From Chrysomallon squamiferum (Eukaryota > Animalia > Mollusca): a stretch of DNA of 64,000 bases. The stretch covers positions 8,556,001-8,620,000 of the forward strand of contig CM022673.1 in assembly GCA_012295275.1 (NCBI GenBank), in the 5' to 3' direction. The first letter of the stretch is position 1; every line of letters begins with the position of its first letter. The notes beneath the pieces are model-generated. The model was not told the origin of the DNA. It made no database searches and saw only the letters and a program-made list of their open reading frames with translations. This document shows positions 1-14,554 of the stretch, one piece after another. The position numbers and the translations under genes are program-made.

Positions 1-63
1 TGTTTAACAAAGACGCAGTAAGAGATATGTTTACAGAAACAGTCTTTACAGGAAAGTACTCAC

Positions 64-164
64 CCATCAGTCTAACCAGGCTGTATTCCGCTTCCGGGTG
101 GTCGGCTATGTAACTAAATCCAATACACAACACCGCGTCCATTCCTGGCTGAAACAGCGGCTTC
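64..164 (-). CDS. Probable coding exon of an unidentified minus-strand gene that continues off the left edge (KPLFQPGMDAVLCIGFSYIADHPEAEYSLVRLM)
   Basis: Minus strand: acceptor aatttattttatAG before 164, donor GTGAGT at 63-58, GC-rich island in AT-rich DNA, one of three frames open throughout. Internal ATG (MDAVL) has G at -3 and +4. Family not recognised. Confidence 0.5.
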
Positions 165-494
165 CTATAAAATAAATTAACTGCAGAATACACCCATCCA
201 CCAGTTCATCTATCCCTCATTCCATTCAACGATTCGCCCATCATTCATTCCTTCATCAGTCTATGAAAGTCCGTCTGTCCATAAACTTTGAATCAATCAT
301 TCAATGCAATTATCGATTCCTATGAACTTCCATCTACAATACATCCATACCATCCACCAAGCCTTCCACCCCATCCACCCTTCCATCCATCACCCTAGTC
401 CATACACCATTTATCTCTCTATCCGTCCGTCAGTTTATCCACAACCATTAATTGTGTTGATCAATCCAACCTACTTGATTCATGCATAAGAGGA

Positions 495-532
<38 letters not shown>

Positions 533-1260
533 TATTAATTTATTTATTTTTATGGATATTGTGATTGTTTTTGTTGTTGATGTTCTTGTACTTCTTCTTG
601 TTCTTGCTCTTCGTCTTCTTATTCTTCTTGTTATTATTGCAAAACCAATGATCACAGCAACTGTGGGTCTAACAGAACTAAAGAAAATTATTAAACTCTC
701 ACTATTACAGGCCATGATGGTCAGTTTTTAATTTCACCTTCGTTTCAATGTAGCATTAACGTAACCGAGTTGTTTATTTTGACGGACGACACCAACAGAT
801 TTGACAAGGTAAGCTGAAGTGTTATTTCTTGCGTAATTTCCACCTTCCAGTTGTGTGTCCAGTCACGAATCTTCTCGCGTTGAAGACTCATTATAACGTG
901 TTATCTGAGATTACCGTACATTATCTAAAACCCGTATCCCTAGGTAAACTAGAGATGTCTGACCTTGTTTACACAGTGTGCCACAGAAGCAAATGAAAGG
1001 AAGTGACATCTTGTAAAACAAACACACAATTTGTAGACCATTAAAATGTTATTGTTACTGTTACTGTTCCCCGTTATAATAAACGTCCTCATCGATGTCT
1101 TCCAATATTGTTTGTTGTTGTTGTTGTTGTTGTTGTTGTTCTTCTTCTTCTTCTTCTTATTATTATTATTATTACTGTCCATCATAATCATCATCATCAT
1201 CTTGTTTTACTACTGCTTCTCTCTTCCTTTCTGTTTTTACTCTCTAAACAACTAACGCTT

Positions 1261-1263
<3 letters not shown>

Positions 1264-1328
<65 letters not shown>
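1264..1328. repeat. (TC)n microsatellite, preceded by a compound (GTT)n/(CTT)n/(TAT)n/(CAT)n tract at ~1110-1205
   Basis: Direct reading; explains the poly-SL/V/L/N ORFs at 949-1458. Confidence 0.95.
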
Positions 1329-1332
<4 letters not shown>

Positions 1333-2310
1333 GTTACTTACTTTACTAAGTATATATTTCCCATGTTTCGAACACATTTAAAGCGGATTCTGTCATGGCG
1401 ACCTATACGAAACTGTATCGCAGTTTTGCGGATTCTCAGATACGAATTTCTGTTCTGACCCACAAAATACCATTTGTCTCGTAGTCGATTCTTGAAGTCA
1501 CACGTTGCTGCTTCAACTAAAAAAAAAAAAAAGTTGTTAGATTAAATTACTATAATTATAGTAACAATTTGTGCTGGTTTATAATATTTAAACTGATGAA
1601 AAAATTATTTTTAATTATGTTTTTTGCTTGAAATCTAAATGATCAAAAATTTAGAATTTTCCTTTACATCCGTTGACTTTTGATTAGAGACAAAAAAGCA
1701 TTAATTAATAAAACAAAGAACAATGTAGATTTCAGATTTACGAGTTTATTATATTTACTTTAGAAGTTCGCTGATCAGTATGTTAATGGTGTTTTGTCGA
1801 AATACATTATAAAGTTTATCTTCTACCTTCATTATGAGAAAAAATCGTACGACTTAAGGTATAAGGCGTAAATTCCGACTGTTCACTGAATAAAACTAAT
1901 TTCATTAATTCAGTTATTTGCATCATTGCAGTCATTATCTTATCATTATCATCATCATTGGATCGTTCTTATTATATCGTGTTGTTTTTAAAACTTTTTC
2001 GTGGTTTTTTTAAATTTAAAGATTTTGAAAACATTTTTTTCATGATGGTAACGAGAGTTCTTTATCAGTAACGGTTCAAGCAAGCTGGCGGATCAAGCAA
2101 GAATAATTTAATTCTAGGCGGTCAAAAAATCACTGAAGTAACTGAACAGTTCAGTCAGCTAGTTAATATAAAAGAGAACCACACAGACAAGCCATTAACA
2201 ACAGCGTCATCAATACATTTTGGTAAAGATCTGACAGCTGATAGGCGACAACATGATTAAAGATTACGATGAGAATTATTACTATTATTACTGGGTAGTT
2301 TTATAATTAA

Positions 2311-2365
<55 letters not shown>

Positions 2366-2785
2366 TGTTTGTTTGTTTGTTTATTTGATAACCCATCTAT
2401 CATCGAGATTAGTCTTATTATTATTATTCTACAGATGTTACAAATGCTGAAGATGAATGCTATTGGTAAGACCATACACCTGTCCAGTATAATGTTAAAA
2501 TTAGGTAGAGAGAAAAATAATCAGGTCAGCGGAAGTTTATAATTAAATCTGTATATAATTATGCGCTGGTATCGAGATAGTGTCCTTATAATCTACCAAA
2601 AGATAGTTAACTTATTATGCTAATGAGATATAAATGGTGCAAGCAACAAGCTTTTACGTCTTTCTTAGTCGAATGCACTATAACCTATCCAGTACATAAA
2701 GTTTGCTTGCTCTAACCCTGGAACAGGTGTCAGCCTTAATGTCGGTACATGATCAAAAGGATCATATCAGGCTTCTAAAGTTTAC

Positions 2786-2849
2786 CTGTGAGATCGGAAG
2801 CTTTGATCAGGAACCACAAATAAATGATTATCTCTGCAGCCAGCCGCAT
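2786..2849 (-). other. Candidate 64-nt exon of the left-edge minus-strand gene (reads MRLAAEIIIYLWFLIKASDLT in one frame)
   Basis: Minus strand: acceptor tttatcttctttcAG before 2849 and donor CAG|GTAAAC after 2786. Could be coding or 5'UTR. Confidence 0.4.
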
Positions 2850-3104
2850 CTGAAAGAAGATAAAGGAAACGTATCAAAGTGAATTCGCCAAGCGTGGAAC
2901 GCTTACACGCTAGCCGTGGCTAATTATAAACATGTAGAGAAAGAAAATGATTCCGTTTATTGCCACGACTAAGATTTTTGTCGCTTATATTAACTTATTA
3001 TTGGATCAAAACGAGTTAGGATGAAGCCATTGATTGTTATTCCGTGGTGATCTGTTGTACTGATTGTCACGGAGAGTTCCATTAGTAATCCATAGAAACA
3101 TTGG

Positions 3105-3135
<31 letters not shown>

Positions 3136-3517
3136 CTTACTTATTTACTTACTTACTTACTTATTTTTTAAAATTTAGAGAATAAACTGATATTGACAAA
3201 ATGCTTTGAAGGTGTTTAATTTATATTTTAATTTTTAATTTATTTATTTATTGAAACGGATAAAAAATAAAAAATAAAAAAATAAAAAAAATGAAATGAT
3301 TAATATAATAACAACAAAGATTAATAATATGTGTCTCTGGGCTTAAAGTACTTTCTAATGAACGTTTTATTTTATTACATTGTTTATCTGTTTGCTTCAC
3401 TGCTCGCGTTTACTGTCGCCAAAGGCTAAATCATTGGCGATTGATTAGCTTGTTCAAGTATTGATTTATTGTAATATGTATTACAGTCTGGAATGGGAAA
3501 AAACAAGGTATGATCGG

Positions 3518-4054
3518 GTTGACTGGACAAAAATTCACAGAAAAAATTCACAATTTAGTATAGGAAAAAAAAAATCACAGGGAATAAAAGTCACAATTTT
3601 TATACAACAAAATGTATAGGTTTGTAGAGTATTGAATGTGGCATCATAGTATGTATGGGGTAATTGTTAAGTTTATTGATTGGGTCTGTTAGGCTTGATT
3701 AAAAAAGGAGAGCTTCATAGTGTGCTGTAGTATCAGAAGTATGTTTAACATGGAAGCTATTCACGGTAGTAAGGCTGGTAACAAAATCTGTTACGAGGGG
3801 TTCGTGTGAGCAGTGGGCACCATCATCCAGCAACTTGTGTGTCGATCGCTTCAAGGACTGCAAAGACTGTGACAGAATTTCTTCGTGGTATTGGGTGGGG
3901 CAATAAACCGCCAACATTAAAACCAAAGATTATTAACAAAAAAACTCTTACAAAATGTGTTTAATCTATCTTTCATTGCTGATATATTTCTTAATTAAAA
4001 ATTTTAACTTTTTTCATGACACTTTTTTTTTTCTGTGACTTTTTTCCTAGATTC
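3518..4054. mobile_element. Decayed non-autonomous DNA transposon with sub-repeated terminal inverted repeats (Mutator/MULE-like)
   Basis: Left end carries repeated GGAAAAAAA(G/T)TCACA units (3524-3596); right end carries their reverse complement (tgtgacttttttcctagattc, ~4005-4054). No TSD visible. Superfamily assignment is inference. Confidence 0.45.
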
Positions 4055-4119
4055 GTGCTCTGCCTTCATCAAATAAAAAAACTCATTGTTCATCTTAATT
4101 CGATATTCTTGGGTGTATG

Positions 4120-4865
4120 GTTGGAACGGAAAATCATGTTATCTTACATACCCATTACGTTAAAAGAATGAGAATGGGGGAAAAAAGGACATTTACACAG
4201 AACTTTAGAATGATGTGATTTATTAAAACCTCTGATGTTGGAATGGAAAGACCCATTCATCTGAATGTCTGTGCAAATTAAGTATCGTAACGGTGTAATG
4301 TATGTACACGAAACAGTAATCTACGCATTATAGAAGTTACTAAGCCTATGGAGACAACGTATATCGTCTGGAACGGAAGAAAACGATTTGAATCAGTTAA
4401 ACACAAAGTAAGTAAACAACAATTGTTGCGTATCATTGATTTTCTAAATCCCTGAGGACAACATGAAATGGCTGGAACGGGAAGACAGATTATAATATTT
4501 TCAGTAATATTATGTGGAATACCACTACTTTATGTATAAAGAATCATATAAGCAAGCTTAATATGATTTACTAAAACCTCTGAATGTTTCTTAAACTGGC
4601 TGGAACAATAAAACAGGAAAACATTCAGTAATATTAAGCATGTGTGAATAACATATCACATCTATGAAAATTAAACTCATAAACTCAGCGAACCAAGCAT
4701 CTGAAGTGATCTGACGATTACACAACCTTGCTGGAACGGGAAATCAGGTTATTATACATTCCATAATATTCGCGGAAATTATACACATGAAATCACTGAA
4801 CCGAATATGATACGATTCGCGAAAATCGGCGAGGACAACACAAAGCCGTTCCATCAAAGAGAAAT
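4120..4865. repeat. Highly degenerate tandem repeat, ~105-132 bp period, ~6 units
   Basis: Core (C/T)TGGAAC/TGG recurs near 4123, 4240, 4370, 4474, 4601 and 4733, with recurring gattt..taaaacctctga before it and cagtaatatt after it. Confidence 0.6.
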
Positions 4866-5138
4866 CAAAAATCCTTTCACCATCCGATCCCATCCATTTA
4901 TTTAATATGACAAGCTTTACTCCAGCCGCATTGAGCGAGATATCTCGTAAAATAACTTGTTCCTCGTTTAATGTTTATTCATTTGAAAAATCCTGCTGCA
5001 TAGCCTTGCTTGTCAGTCTGACAAAGCACCGGATTGTTTTACAGCATTTACATTCAGTGTTCCCAGAGGCGGACCAAGAAGGGTGCCAATCTTGGTTTAA
5101 AAAAATAATAATCCCGAATACATCACCACGTGTCTTCA

Positions 5139-5470
5139 TTTCAACAGAACAGCGGATCTGACCTCGGCAATAATATTAACGATGGTTGTGGTGTGATATA
5201 ATAATCGTGGTTGTAATAACTACGGTACTAATTATTATGTTTGCAGTTGTAGCCTTTATTTCAACACAATAGCGGATCTGAAGTTGGCATTAATGATGGC
5301 TGCGGTAGTAATAATCATGGTTGTAAACTACAGTACTAATTATTATGGCTGTAGTTGCTCCTCTTATGCTGCAAGATGGAATTGTTGATATTGTAGTAAT
5401 GATCAAAGCTCTAATGATGGTGGTAAGAGTACAGCGATTCTGATGGTGGTAAGAGTACAGCGATTCTGAT
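5139..5470. repeat. 120-bp tandem duplication (5139-5365) followed by a ~26-bp duplication (tggtggtaagagtacagcgattctga x2)
   Basis: tttcaaca..a.agcggatctga at 5139 and 5259, each followed by ataatc.tggttgtaa..ctac.gtactaattattatg. Confidence 0.8.
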
Positions 5471-5666
5471 GGTGATGCTAGTATACTGATGGATGTAATT
5501 ATAATGATGAATGTTTTGGCCGAAATCATGGTGGTGACAGTAGTTGTGATGTTAATGTGGTGATGATGATTGTGGAAGCAAAAGTAATGGTAATAATCCT
5601 AGATAGTGATGATACAGTAATCATATTGGTGATGCTGATAGTAAATAGTTGTAACTGCAATTTTAG

Positions 5667-5819
<153 letters not shown>

Positions 5820-6159
5820 TAGAGTATGTGTGCGCGAGTGACTCTGACTGTCAACCCTAATTCCCAATTTCCCTAATGTTTTTCAACCTAATAGGTTTTC
5901 TCGTTTATTTGCCACTCTGAGTATTTCTCATCCTCCCACTTTCTGATTATCTCATTCTTCGTGCATGTTTCTTTCAGGAACTGTAAATGCTTTTGACGTT
6001 CATCGTTCAACGCCTCGATAAGTGGATTATATCTTTAGTCTATCCATTATTCAGTGCCTCTGTATCATTTTTTGTTTTTGTTAATATATATATATTTTTT
6101 TTTAACTGAAATAGAGATTGATAGAAAAAAGAAAGGAAAAAGAGATAAATAGAAATGTG

Positions 6160-6162
<3 letters not shown>

Positions 6163-6239
<77 letters not shown>
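6163..6239. repeat. (AG)n microsatellite
   Basis: Direct reading. Confidence 0.95.
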
Positions 6240-6243
<4 letters not shown>

Positions 6244-6309
6244 TTAAAGAAGAAAATCAACTGCACATATTTCTTTAAACTAGGGTTGATCTTAGAAAAT
6301 CAAAATATC

Positions 6310-6353
<44 letters not shown>

Positions 6354-6439
6354 ATAAATAAATAAATAAACAAATATATAAACAAATAAATAAATAAATA
6401 AATTAGAAAATAATCAAACAACTGATAAATCGAACTTAC

Positions 6440-6720
6440 CTTAAACATTTTTCGCTTCAGAAATTCAACACAGGAAAAGTCGTTTGTTCGCCGCGATACG
6501 TCACATTTTATTTCGCACTATTACAAATCCCACAGAATTATTATTATCCCTTTCTGCTGCTCCTCACCAAATACAAAAAAATAAAAATGTGCACATATCT
6601 CTCTCTCTCTACGATGCATCAGGTGGACGTGAAATCCATAAAAAAAATGACCAAGCCTTCATTTACGCGATCGGCGAGTCCCGGCCAAGCGTTCGTCCAC
6701 TGCAAAATGCTCTTTATATT
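6440..6720 (-). promoter_or_regulatory. Candidate promoter and first exon of the left-edge minus-strand gene
   Basis: CpG-rich patch; minus-strand TATAAA at 6718-6713; exon would end gcgaaaaATGTTTAAG|GTAAGT (ATG 6448-6446, consensus donor 6439-6434). Confidence 0.45.
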
Positions 6721-7903
6721 AAAAGCCTATCGCGCTAATCTGATGCCAATTCGATAAAGCCATCATTTTCTAAAGCGATCACATTTTTGTGTTTGTCGAT
6801 AAATATCTGTATCGAATGATATTGCTTGTCTGTTGATGGTTTAATACAGTCCACGAGAAGAAATTAGTCAATGAGATTTCAGCGTGGGATGTCGAAAACA
6901 GCAGATCATTTTTTTTTTTTTTTTTTTTTTTTTTTCCCCTTGCTAATAATGATGATTTCGTATAAAATAGGAACAAAGAATGAAGCCATTAACAGGCAGA
7001 AGAAGTCGTCGGTGCACTGTTTTAGAAATATTTTATATAATTTTAGCGTCTTGGGGTTTCTTTATTTGTTTCTTTATTAGCTTATTTATTTATGCGTTTA
7101 TTTCACTCACAGTTATTTATTTATTTTTATTTATGTATTTATTAACTTGTTAATTATTGTTTTTATTTTATTTCAGTTCGATATTACATTCCACTGTTTT
7201 TAATATAACACCCTGTTTAATGTGTTTATTTATTTATTTTTTTTTTTTTATATGATTATTGCAATTCAGTTGTTACAAACAATATTACGAACACTATGTG
7301 TATTTATATATATATATTTATTTATTTCATTGCATTTCATTACTGCTTTTGGTTCAGGTTTTTTGATACAGGTTAATACGCAAATGTATATGATACAAGT
7401 AAGTGGCTTATAAATTTTAACAGACTACTCAGTATATATTACTGTTTTTTTAATGTAATCTAAGCACAAGTTGAGACGTTAATTAAGAATTTTAACTGTC
7501 TCTATTTGCATCAATCTCAGCTTAATTTCATCTCTAACTGAAAAAGCTTTTTCTTCTCACTCGCTCGAACACTCTGTCAACAGGAGAGGCATGCCGCAAC
7601 TTATAATTAATTTTTTTATATAAAAAAAAAAGAAAACAAATAAAAAGAAAATCAATGACATGAGAGATCTTTTTGTTTCCTCTAACTCATGAAGTATTGG
7701 CAGACACTTCTGCGCATGAGCAATAGTACTTAGTAAGTTAGGTCAAGAGAAGAGGTTGACATCCTTCAGTAAAGATTGTTTTGCCTCGCACTTTAATTAA
7801 TTATTCTAAAAAGTAGCTGGCTTTTTTAAATTTACTATAAAATATAGCATCATTGATACAAAATGTTATGTATCGCACTCTTTAAAGGAAGTTATTGGTA
7901 TTT

Positions 7904-7942
<39 letters not shown>

Positions 7943-10900
7943 TTGTTTTCCCCATCGTACAATTCGATAATACAATAATACAATTCTTGTATATCTAAAA
8001 ATTTCAATTTTAAGGTTGTTGGCACATGCTGCGGTGTAATGGTCACAATTCTTACAAATCTTAAGAATAGTATCATTTATGGTACTATATCCACATTGTA
8101 GCCAAAAATAATCGTAACAAGTAAGAACCCGACTCTAAAAGCCACTTGAAATATTTTAACGTTAAGTTTCTCGGAAGTTGAAAAATGGACTGATCATGTA
8201 GTTAGTTGCCTTGTAAGGACTCCGCATAAAATCTAAACCTATCTCAGATTTAAGCTCCTCCACCACCAAAGAAAATCACGCTTTTCAAACTAATACTACT
8301 AACATTTGGGGATTTGTCTTTGGTCATTGATTGTGTATAAACACAGTTATTTTCTGAATATATGACCCTTGTCATTTCAGATGATCTTGGAGCAATACCC
8401 TTCGATTCTGTCTTTAACTAATTGCAAAGGGCGGACGAAAAACGCAGACGTACACACCGTGCTTTGCAAACAAAATGAAAGAAGCTAATTCTGATTAAGT
8501 TATCAAACAAGAGAGTGAAATTTCTGATTTATAACGCGGTTTATATTCCATTCATGATTTAAGGAAGTCAGGAGAAAATTAAGTAAAGTATAAATAGAGT
8601 GTGATTTAAATGAAACAAGTAAATAAACACAAGGCTCACACTAGAGTAAGTACTACTACTAATAAGGGTAATCTAGGCAGGATTTACATACATACACACC
8701 TACATAAACATACATACATACATACATACATAATATACATAACATACATAACATACATACATACATACATAAACATACATACATACATACATACTTACAT
8801 ACATAACATACATTATTACAGAATAAAATATTATAAAGAAATTGATTATTATTATTATTATTGTTGTTTGTTGTTGTTGTTGTTGTTGTAGCTGTTATTA
8901 TTTATTTATTTATTTATTTGTTGTTTTATTTTGTTTTAGAATTTTCAGAAATGCTCTGAATAATAGATCTACATACAGATATAAGTTAATTTAATTTGAA
9001 ACAGATCGCTGTCTGGTCAAATCAATCCATACTGGAGTTTGATCCACACAGTCAAACATGCGCGTGAAACAGAGGTTGATGTAAATGCATTTCGACTTAA
9101 AAGCAAGCTCATCGACTTTAAAGTCAATAGAACTGTTAATTAGGGTTATCCTCCCAAAATCTACAGAGAACTGATTTTAAAAAAGTATTGTTAGAAATAA
9201 AAAAGTGGGCATGACCAAACGCGCGAAGCACTTTTTATTAAAAAAAAAAAAAATTATTTCGTCTGTTTAAATTAACACCTTCTGATAAACTAAACAAAAT
9301 CAAATAAGCTAATTCTCTAGGATCAAACATCTCTTAAGGACATACAATCCAGAAGGCTATATATCCTACTCATTACAGAGTTAAAGTTAATGTGTTAAAA
9401 GATCAGTTAGAGAGAACAGAGAATTGAAGTTAATATGTTAAAAGGTTAGCTAGAGAGATGATAGGAAACAGGCTACAGCAGTGTTACACTTCTCAACTGC
9501 TGATTCAGGACAGATCGTAGAAGATGGCATAGAAATGTAATGCCAACATCTATCAAACATAAGACCTAATGTTTAACTACTGCGCCGGAAAGTGTGTCGA
9601 GTAATGCAGTGTTCATGAAAGGTTTCTAATTTTTTCAGCAATATAATCATTTCATAATAATACGTTGTTAAATGCGTCTGCCAGTGGCTTCTCACTTTTA
9701 CAGTAATATTAATAAATGGAAAAGGAACCATCGTGGTTATGAGATCTTGAGACACATTGATACATCCATCCCACGTCTGCTATTTTTACAGATAATTTGA
9801 GAGACCGGTAAAACTAAAAATATTCAGTATTAAATATCAAGGTCATGCGTAAAGGATATATATATATATATATTTTATTTCTTATTCCTTTAAAGAATTT
9901 TTCAAATAATCAATCTCTGTATTTGTCTGTCTATCTGTCTGTCTATCTATTTATTTATCTATCTATCTGTCTGTCTGTCTATTTATCTATCTATATATCT
10001 GTCTGTCTGTCTATCTATCTATAAATGAGTGTATATATGTATGTATGTATATGCAAGACCATTGTTGCTTTCTGTGATAAATGCATTAGTGTTTAGTTTG
10101 ATAACAATTTTGTGGCTTATGTCATATATCTTATATCGCCAGTTGCGTTATTTGCCATTCCAAACAGTGCTCAACGAAATGCTATATTTAAAAAATATTA
10201 ATTCAAAAAAAAAAAAAAAAAACATAGTGTATTGTTTTGTTTCTGATGTAACATTTAAGGAGTCATCCATGTATTGAATGGAGGAAGCTAGTTTCCTCTG
10301 TTACTGTAATGTAAGAAATGAACGATTGTTAATTAATTTACAATATTAAGATATCTTTAAACACTTTATTCCATATTTTAAATAAAATTAGATGTAGGCC
10401 TAACATAAAATATATATAATTTTGTGTGAATATATGTGTGAGTATATGTATGATCATATTTAAATACAAATATAATCAAAATCATTTATTTATCTATATA
10501 CATAATTATCTGAATTAATAATAAAATTAAATATTTCTAACAGTTTAACTACTCGCAGAACAAAATCGGAAGTAAGAAATAATTAACCCAAGAACTATAT
10601 CTACATTTAAAAGACACCACTCTCCCGGCGATTTTTTTTTTTTTTTTTTTTTTTTTTGTTCGTTTCCATTATCCAGAAAATGGTCATCAAGTTTCCATGA
10701 GTGGAAAATGTCTGGTTTTATTAAAAGAATCTTGCTTCACATAATCGACCACAGAAACTATTCTGAATCTCAAACTACACTGGTAATCTTCTGGGATTAC
10801 CCTCAATATGCTGCGAGCAGTGGCGGTCGACTTAGAACCAGTCAACGCTCTGACAAGTTGGTGTTAACGCGAGTTGATCTATCTCTCTTTCTAAGTCCGT

Positions 10901-12889
10901 TCTCCAATTAGATATATGGAAATGAGCGAGCCCAAACGGAACACACAGAACGATCTACCAGACGTTATGACATATGGGGATTAATCATACTTGCATTTGA
11001 TATGTTCAGTATGTTTCCAGTTATCCTGCCATGAAATTTGCGATGCACGTAATGAAAATATATTTCGGTTATGCTGGACTTCGAAACAAATTACACGTTT
11101 GCGAAAACTGAAGAAAACACTGGAAAAACATAATTATAACATTTTGCATTAAAAATGTACTTTACGTTCACATATCTGGATCTAATAGCTACTGTTTATC
11201 ATTTACGCAGAGGCAAACGTATTTCAAGATATATATTTGCCTCATAATTATCTCAAGATTTGTTTTTCAATAATTTACTTTTTATAAATTTTTATATCAT
11301 AATAATTATAATTCATTGCGTTTACAAGAAAAGTTCACATCAGACTCTGAACATATAGGATTCAACAATATAATTATTTTGTCAACGATAACTTAAAATC
11401 GCGATGTTCTTGAGGTGTTGTTTTTTTTTTTTTTATCAGACCTGCGGTTCGCCTGCTGAAGGCTTGTCTTGCAGTATGTCAGTCACGGAAAGGTTCAGGC
11501 TAATATTTATTCTTTGGCCAGCAGTTGTTTTGTAAGACGACAGTTCTCGGAATATCGTGCTTCGGAACTCGAGTAAATCATCACAACTTAAATAAAAGAC
11601 TGGTAGCCTGTGCTGAAAGGATGTAGATTTTCCAGTGAACTAGTACAGGCTGACTAGTGATTAGGTCACATCCATAATTTATTGGATCATTTTGGTTTAC
11701 TTTCAAATTTGCTTCAAAATAAATATACTTTTCAATTTTCATTTTTCTTTAAATTAAATTAAATTAAATTAAATTACTTATTTCTTTATTTCTGTATTTT
11801 ATAAAAGTATATTTTAATAGATATCCATAATGTGCGTAGTCCTGTGAAGAAAATATACTACTTAGTAGCCCGTGTTCGACTTTACAGTTCTTCCTCCAGC
11901 TGGAACATTAACTCCATCCTAATGCTTTAGCCTCGCACGTGGATATATATAACATTTTAGAGAAATATCTCATTTAAAGATACTGAACACATTAATCTAT
12001 AGTTACATTTGATTATGGCATGCATATATTGAAAAAAGAAGAAGAAGAAGAAGAAAAAAAGAAGAAATTTGCTGATTATCTATTCTACGTATTTTTTCAG
12101 TGACGAGAAAGGATATAATCCAATGATTGGGAGATAAATGCAAGTTTCTGGTGAAAAATAGTCCAGCCCTGTTAAAATTAGAAAGGCTGATATTAAAAAA
12201 ATAATAATAATAAAAAAGTAAAAAATAATCATCATTTCCCGCACATCTCCACTTCACACTGGACCAGCCTGTGAATGAAGATTTGCGCTTATCAATCGTT
12301 CTTTTGTTAGGCTATCAGAAATACTGAAATATTACAGTTGATCATCTTCGGTGGGTCAGGGGTTTATAAAAAAAAATCAAACTAAAGATTAATTATTTAA
12401 TTATTGAAATTTACAACAGAAAGGCTTAGTTTCTTCTCTCCAACTAATCTTATAACGTATTAAAAAAACAACAACAACAGAACAGCCGATGAATTATCAA
12501 ATCGTTAACTGATAATAAATATATCTGTCATGCGCTTAAAGTTTTCAAAATAACATTGATATAGTATACAATAACATTTATTTCCAGAATTATATATCTA
12601 AGATGTAATGCAGGAAAGAATTAAAAAAAAAAAAAAAAATTGCTTGAGAAAAGCATTAAAATTATATGCAGCGCCATATTCATGAATACTTAAGATTAGG
12701 CACAGAGAGTTTCGAACCTAGAATTTTAAAATTATTTGTATTTTGTACATTACTTTCCTTTTCCTTTTTTTTTTTTTTTTAAAACACTGATTTTCTTCTT
12801 CAGTTTATTATTCCATCTATCTCTCTCCTTTTCTGTCTCTTTTTCTCTCTTCAAAGATTGTATAAATAAGTAAATACTGAATAAACGTA

Positions 12890-13432
12890 AAAGCTGCGGT
12901 CATCTGTTGAGTTTTACTACAAGCAAAGAAGATGACAGCGCGATTATTATCTCCCCGCGGTCGACCTACCTTCCCGGTAGAGGCGCTGGTGACACAAACC
13001 GAAAGATGAAAGGCAGGCCGTTGTTGATACTGCACACCTGAACGAAAATAACACCTTGCCACAGCTAAACACTGGTTGTTTTCACCGAATTGCACAGGTA
13101 ATTATGTCTTTGTGTAAAAAATCATGCCGGCCATATGTAAACCTTTCCGTTAATTACTTTTGATATGACCTAATTAACGCGACACGGTCACTGGCTAAGT
13201 TGACCCGTGACAAGTGTTCTTGTTGATTGATGCCGTTCCCGTTTTCCTCTGTAGAGTAATTAAAGTCAGGCGAGCAGTAAACAAGCACGCTCACGGATTA
13301 CTGGTATTCACGGGCATAACTAGTCAATTAGTCCTGTTCATTTTTCTCTAATTATTGTCACCTGTTCTTAACAGGAAGAACCCGTGCATTTCCTAATGAA
13401 CTTGATGAAGTCGTAAACCCTGAACAGTAAGT
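12890..13432 (+). promoter_or_regulatory. Probable promoter and non-coding first exon(s) of Rab11-FIP
   Basis: Last CpG-rich patch before the CpG-poor gene body. Candidate donors CAG|GTAATT (after 13097) and ACA|GTAAGT (after 13426); candidate acceptor ttttatgttattcAG at 14465. Confidence 0.45.
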
Positions 13433-14554
13433 TGAATACCATTGTATTAGTCCCTGCCCGTTTAAAGCAACAATCAAGATAATAATTTGTATTTATTACT
13501 AATATTAACTTATTTTACACCAGTTATTAAACAGTACAATTATAAAGAAATAAATATTTCAACTATACTACCTATCTTAGTATCTAAAACTGAAGGTGTA
13601 TATTCAAAGCTTACTGCATTCAAGTTCACCTAACGTCAGTTTAGCAACAATACAAATGTTATTTTGTTATTTAAGTGAATGAAAAGCTTACCGATTCTTT
13701 ATAAAATATAGCTCGTTTTGTTAAAGAAATTAATATTTATACAGATAAATAGATTGTATATTTAAATTTAAGTCTGTTTGTGTGTGTGCATGTGTGAATG
13801 CATGTGTGTGTTTTTGAACAAAGAAATATTTAAAAACGTTTATCATATAAATATGTAACAGTAGAAAGAACCAGGATGTCATAAGGGTGCAGTACATTAC
13901 CCCGAGGTGTAGCATATTTAATGTATTTTACAGACACCTCAGCCCACTGTTCAGTAAGTAGCAATAATGGTAACAGTGACACCTGTATGTCACACATGGC
14001 AAGAAAACACATCTGTTGCTATCTGCTGTTTTAACTACATTATTATTTTACACGCACTGATAAATACAATAATATTGTTTTATGGTCTAGGTTTCAGTAG
14101 GGAAACTTTATTTTCACAGAATCAATTACCCTTTGATTTTTCTAGTCAGATTTTTGACACATCATACAGCAGTTTCTTGGGGTTTTTTTGTTTTGTTTAT
14201 TTTGAATCACCCAACAAAACATAGACTGTGGTGTAGTGGTTGGATTGGGAAATTTCTATACTAAAACTCAAAGCTTTTTACCACCACTTATTATTATTTT
14301 TTTGTTTTGTTAAAATATTAATTTACATAATTCTTATATATATATATATATATATACACACACATTTTTTTTATTATTATAAGTACAATTAAATTTAATT
14401 TATTTATAAATGTACTAGAAAAAGGATCACACATTTTGTTAATGATAACGTTTTATGTTATTCAGGAAATTGTTACGTTTTGACGTCAGTGATGTCTGTT
14501 TGGAGCTTAGCAGATTTTTATTGATTTGATGAATGTGTCTTTCTAGTGTGGATA

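Noticed and set aside
4120-4865. CRISPR-like repeat/spacer appearance
   Set aside because: Eukaryotic DNA, non-identical repeats, mutually related spacers, no cas genes.
8020-8050. A-box-like tgcggtgtaatggt (also gtggtgtagtggtt near 14228)
   Set aside because: No B box or cloverleaf downstream.
11438-11575. Possible + strand exon (tttttatcAG ... GTAAAT)
   Set aside because: Acceptor is just a T-run, donor is weak and no product is recognisable.
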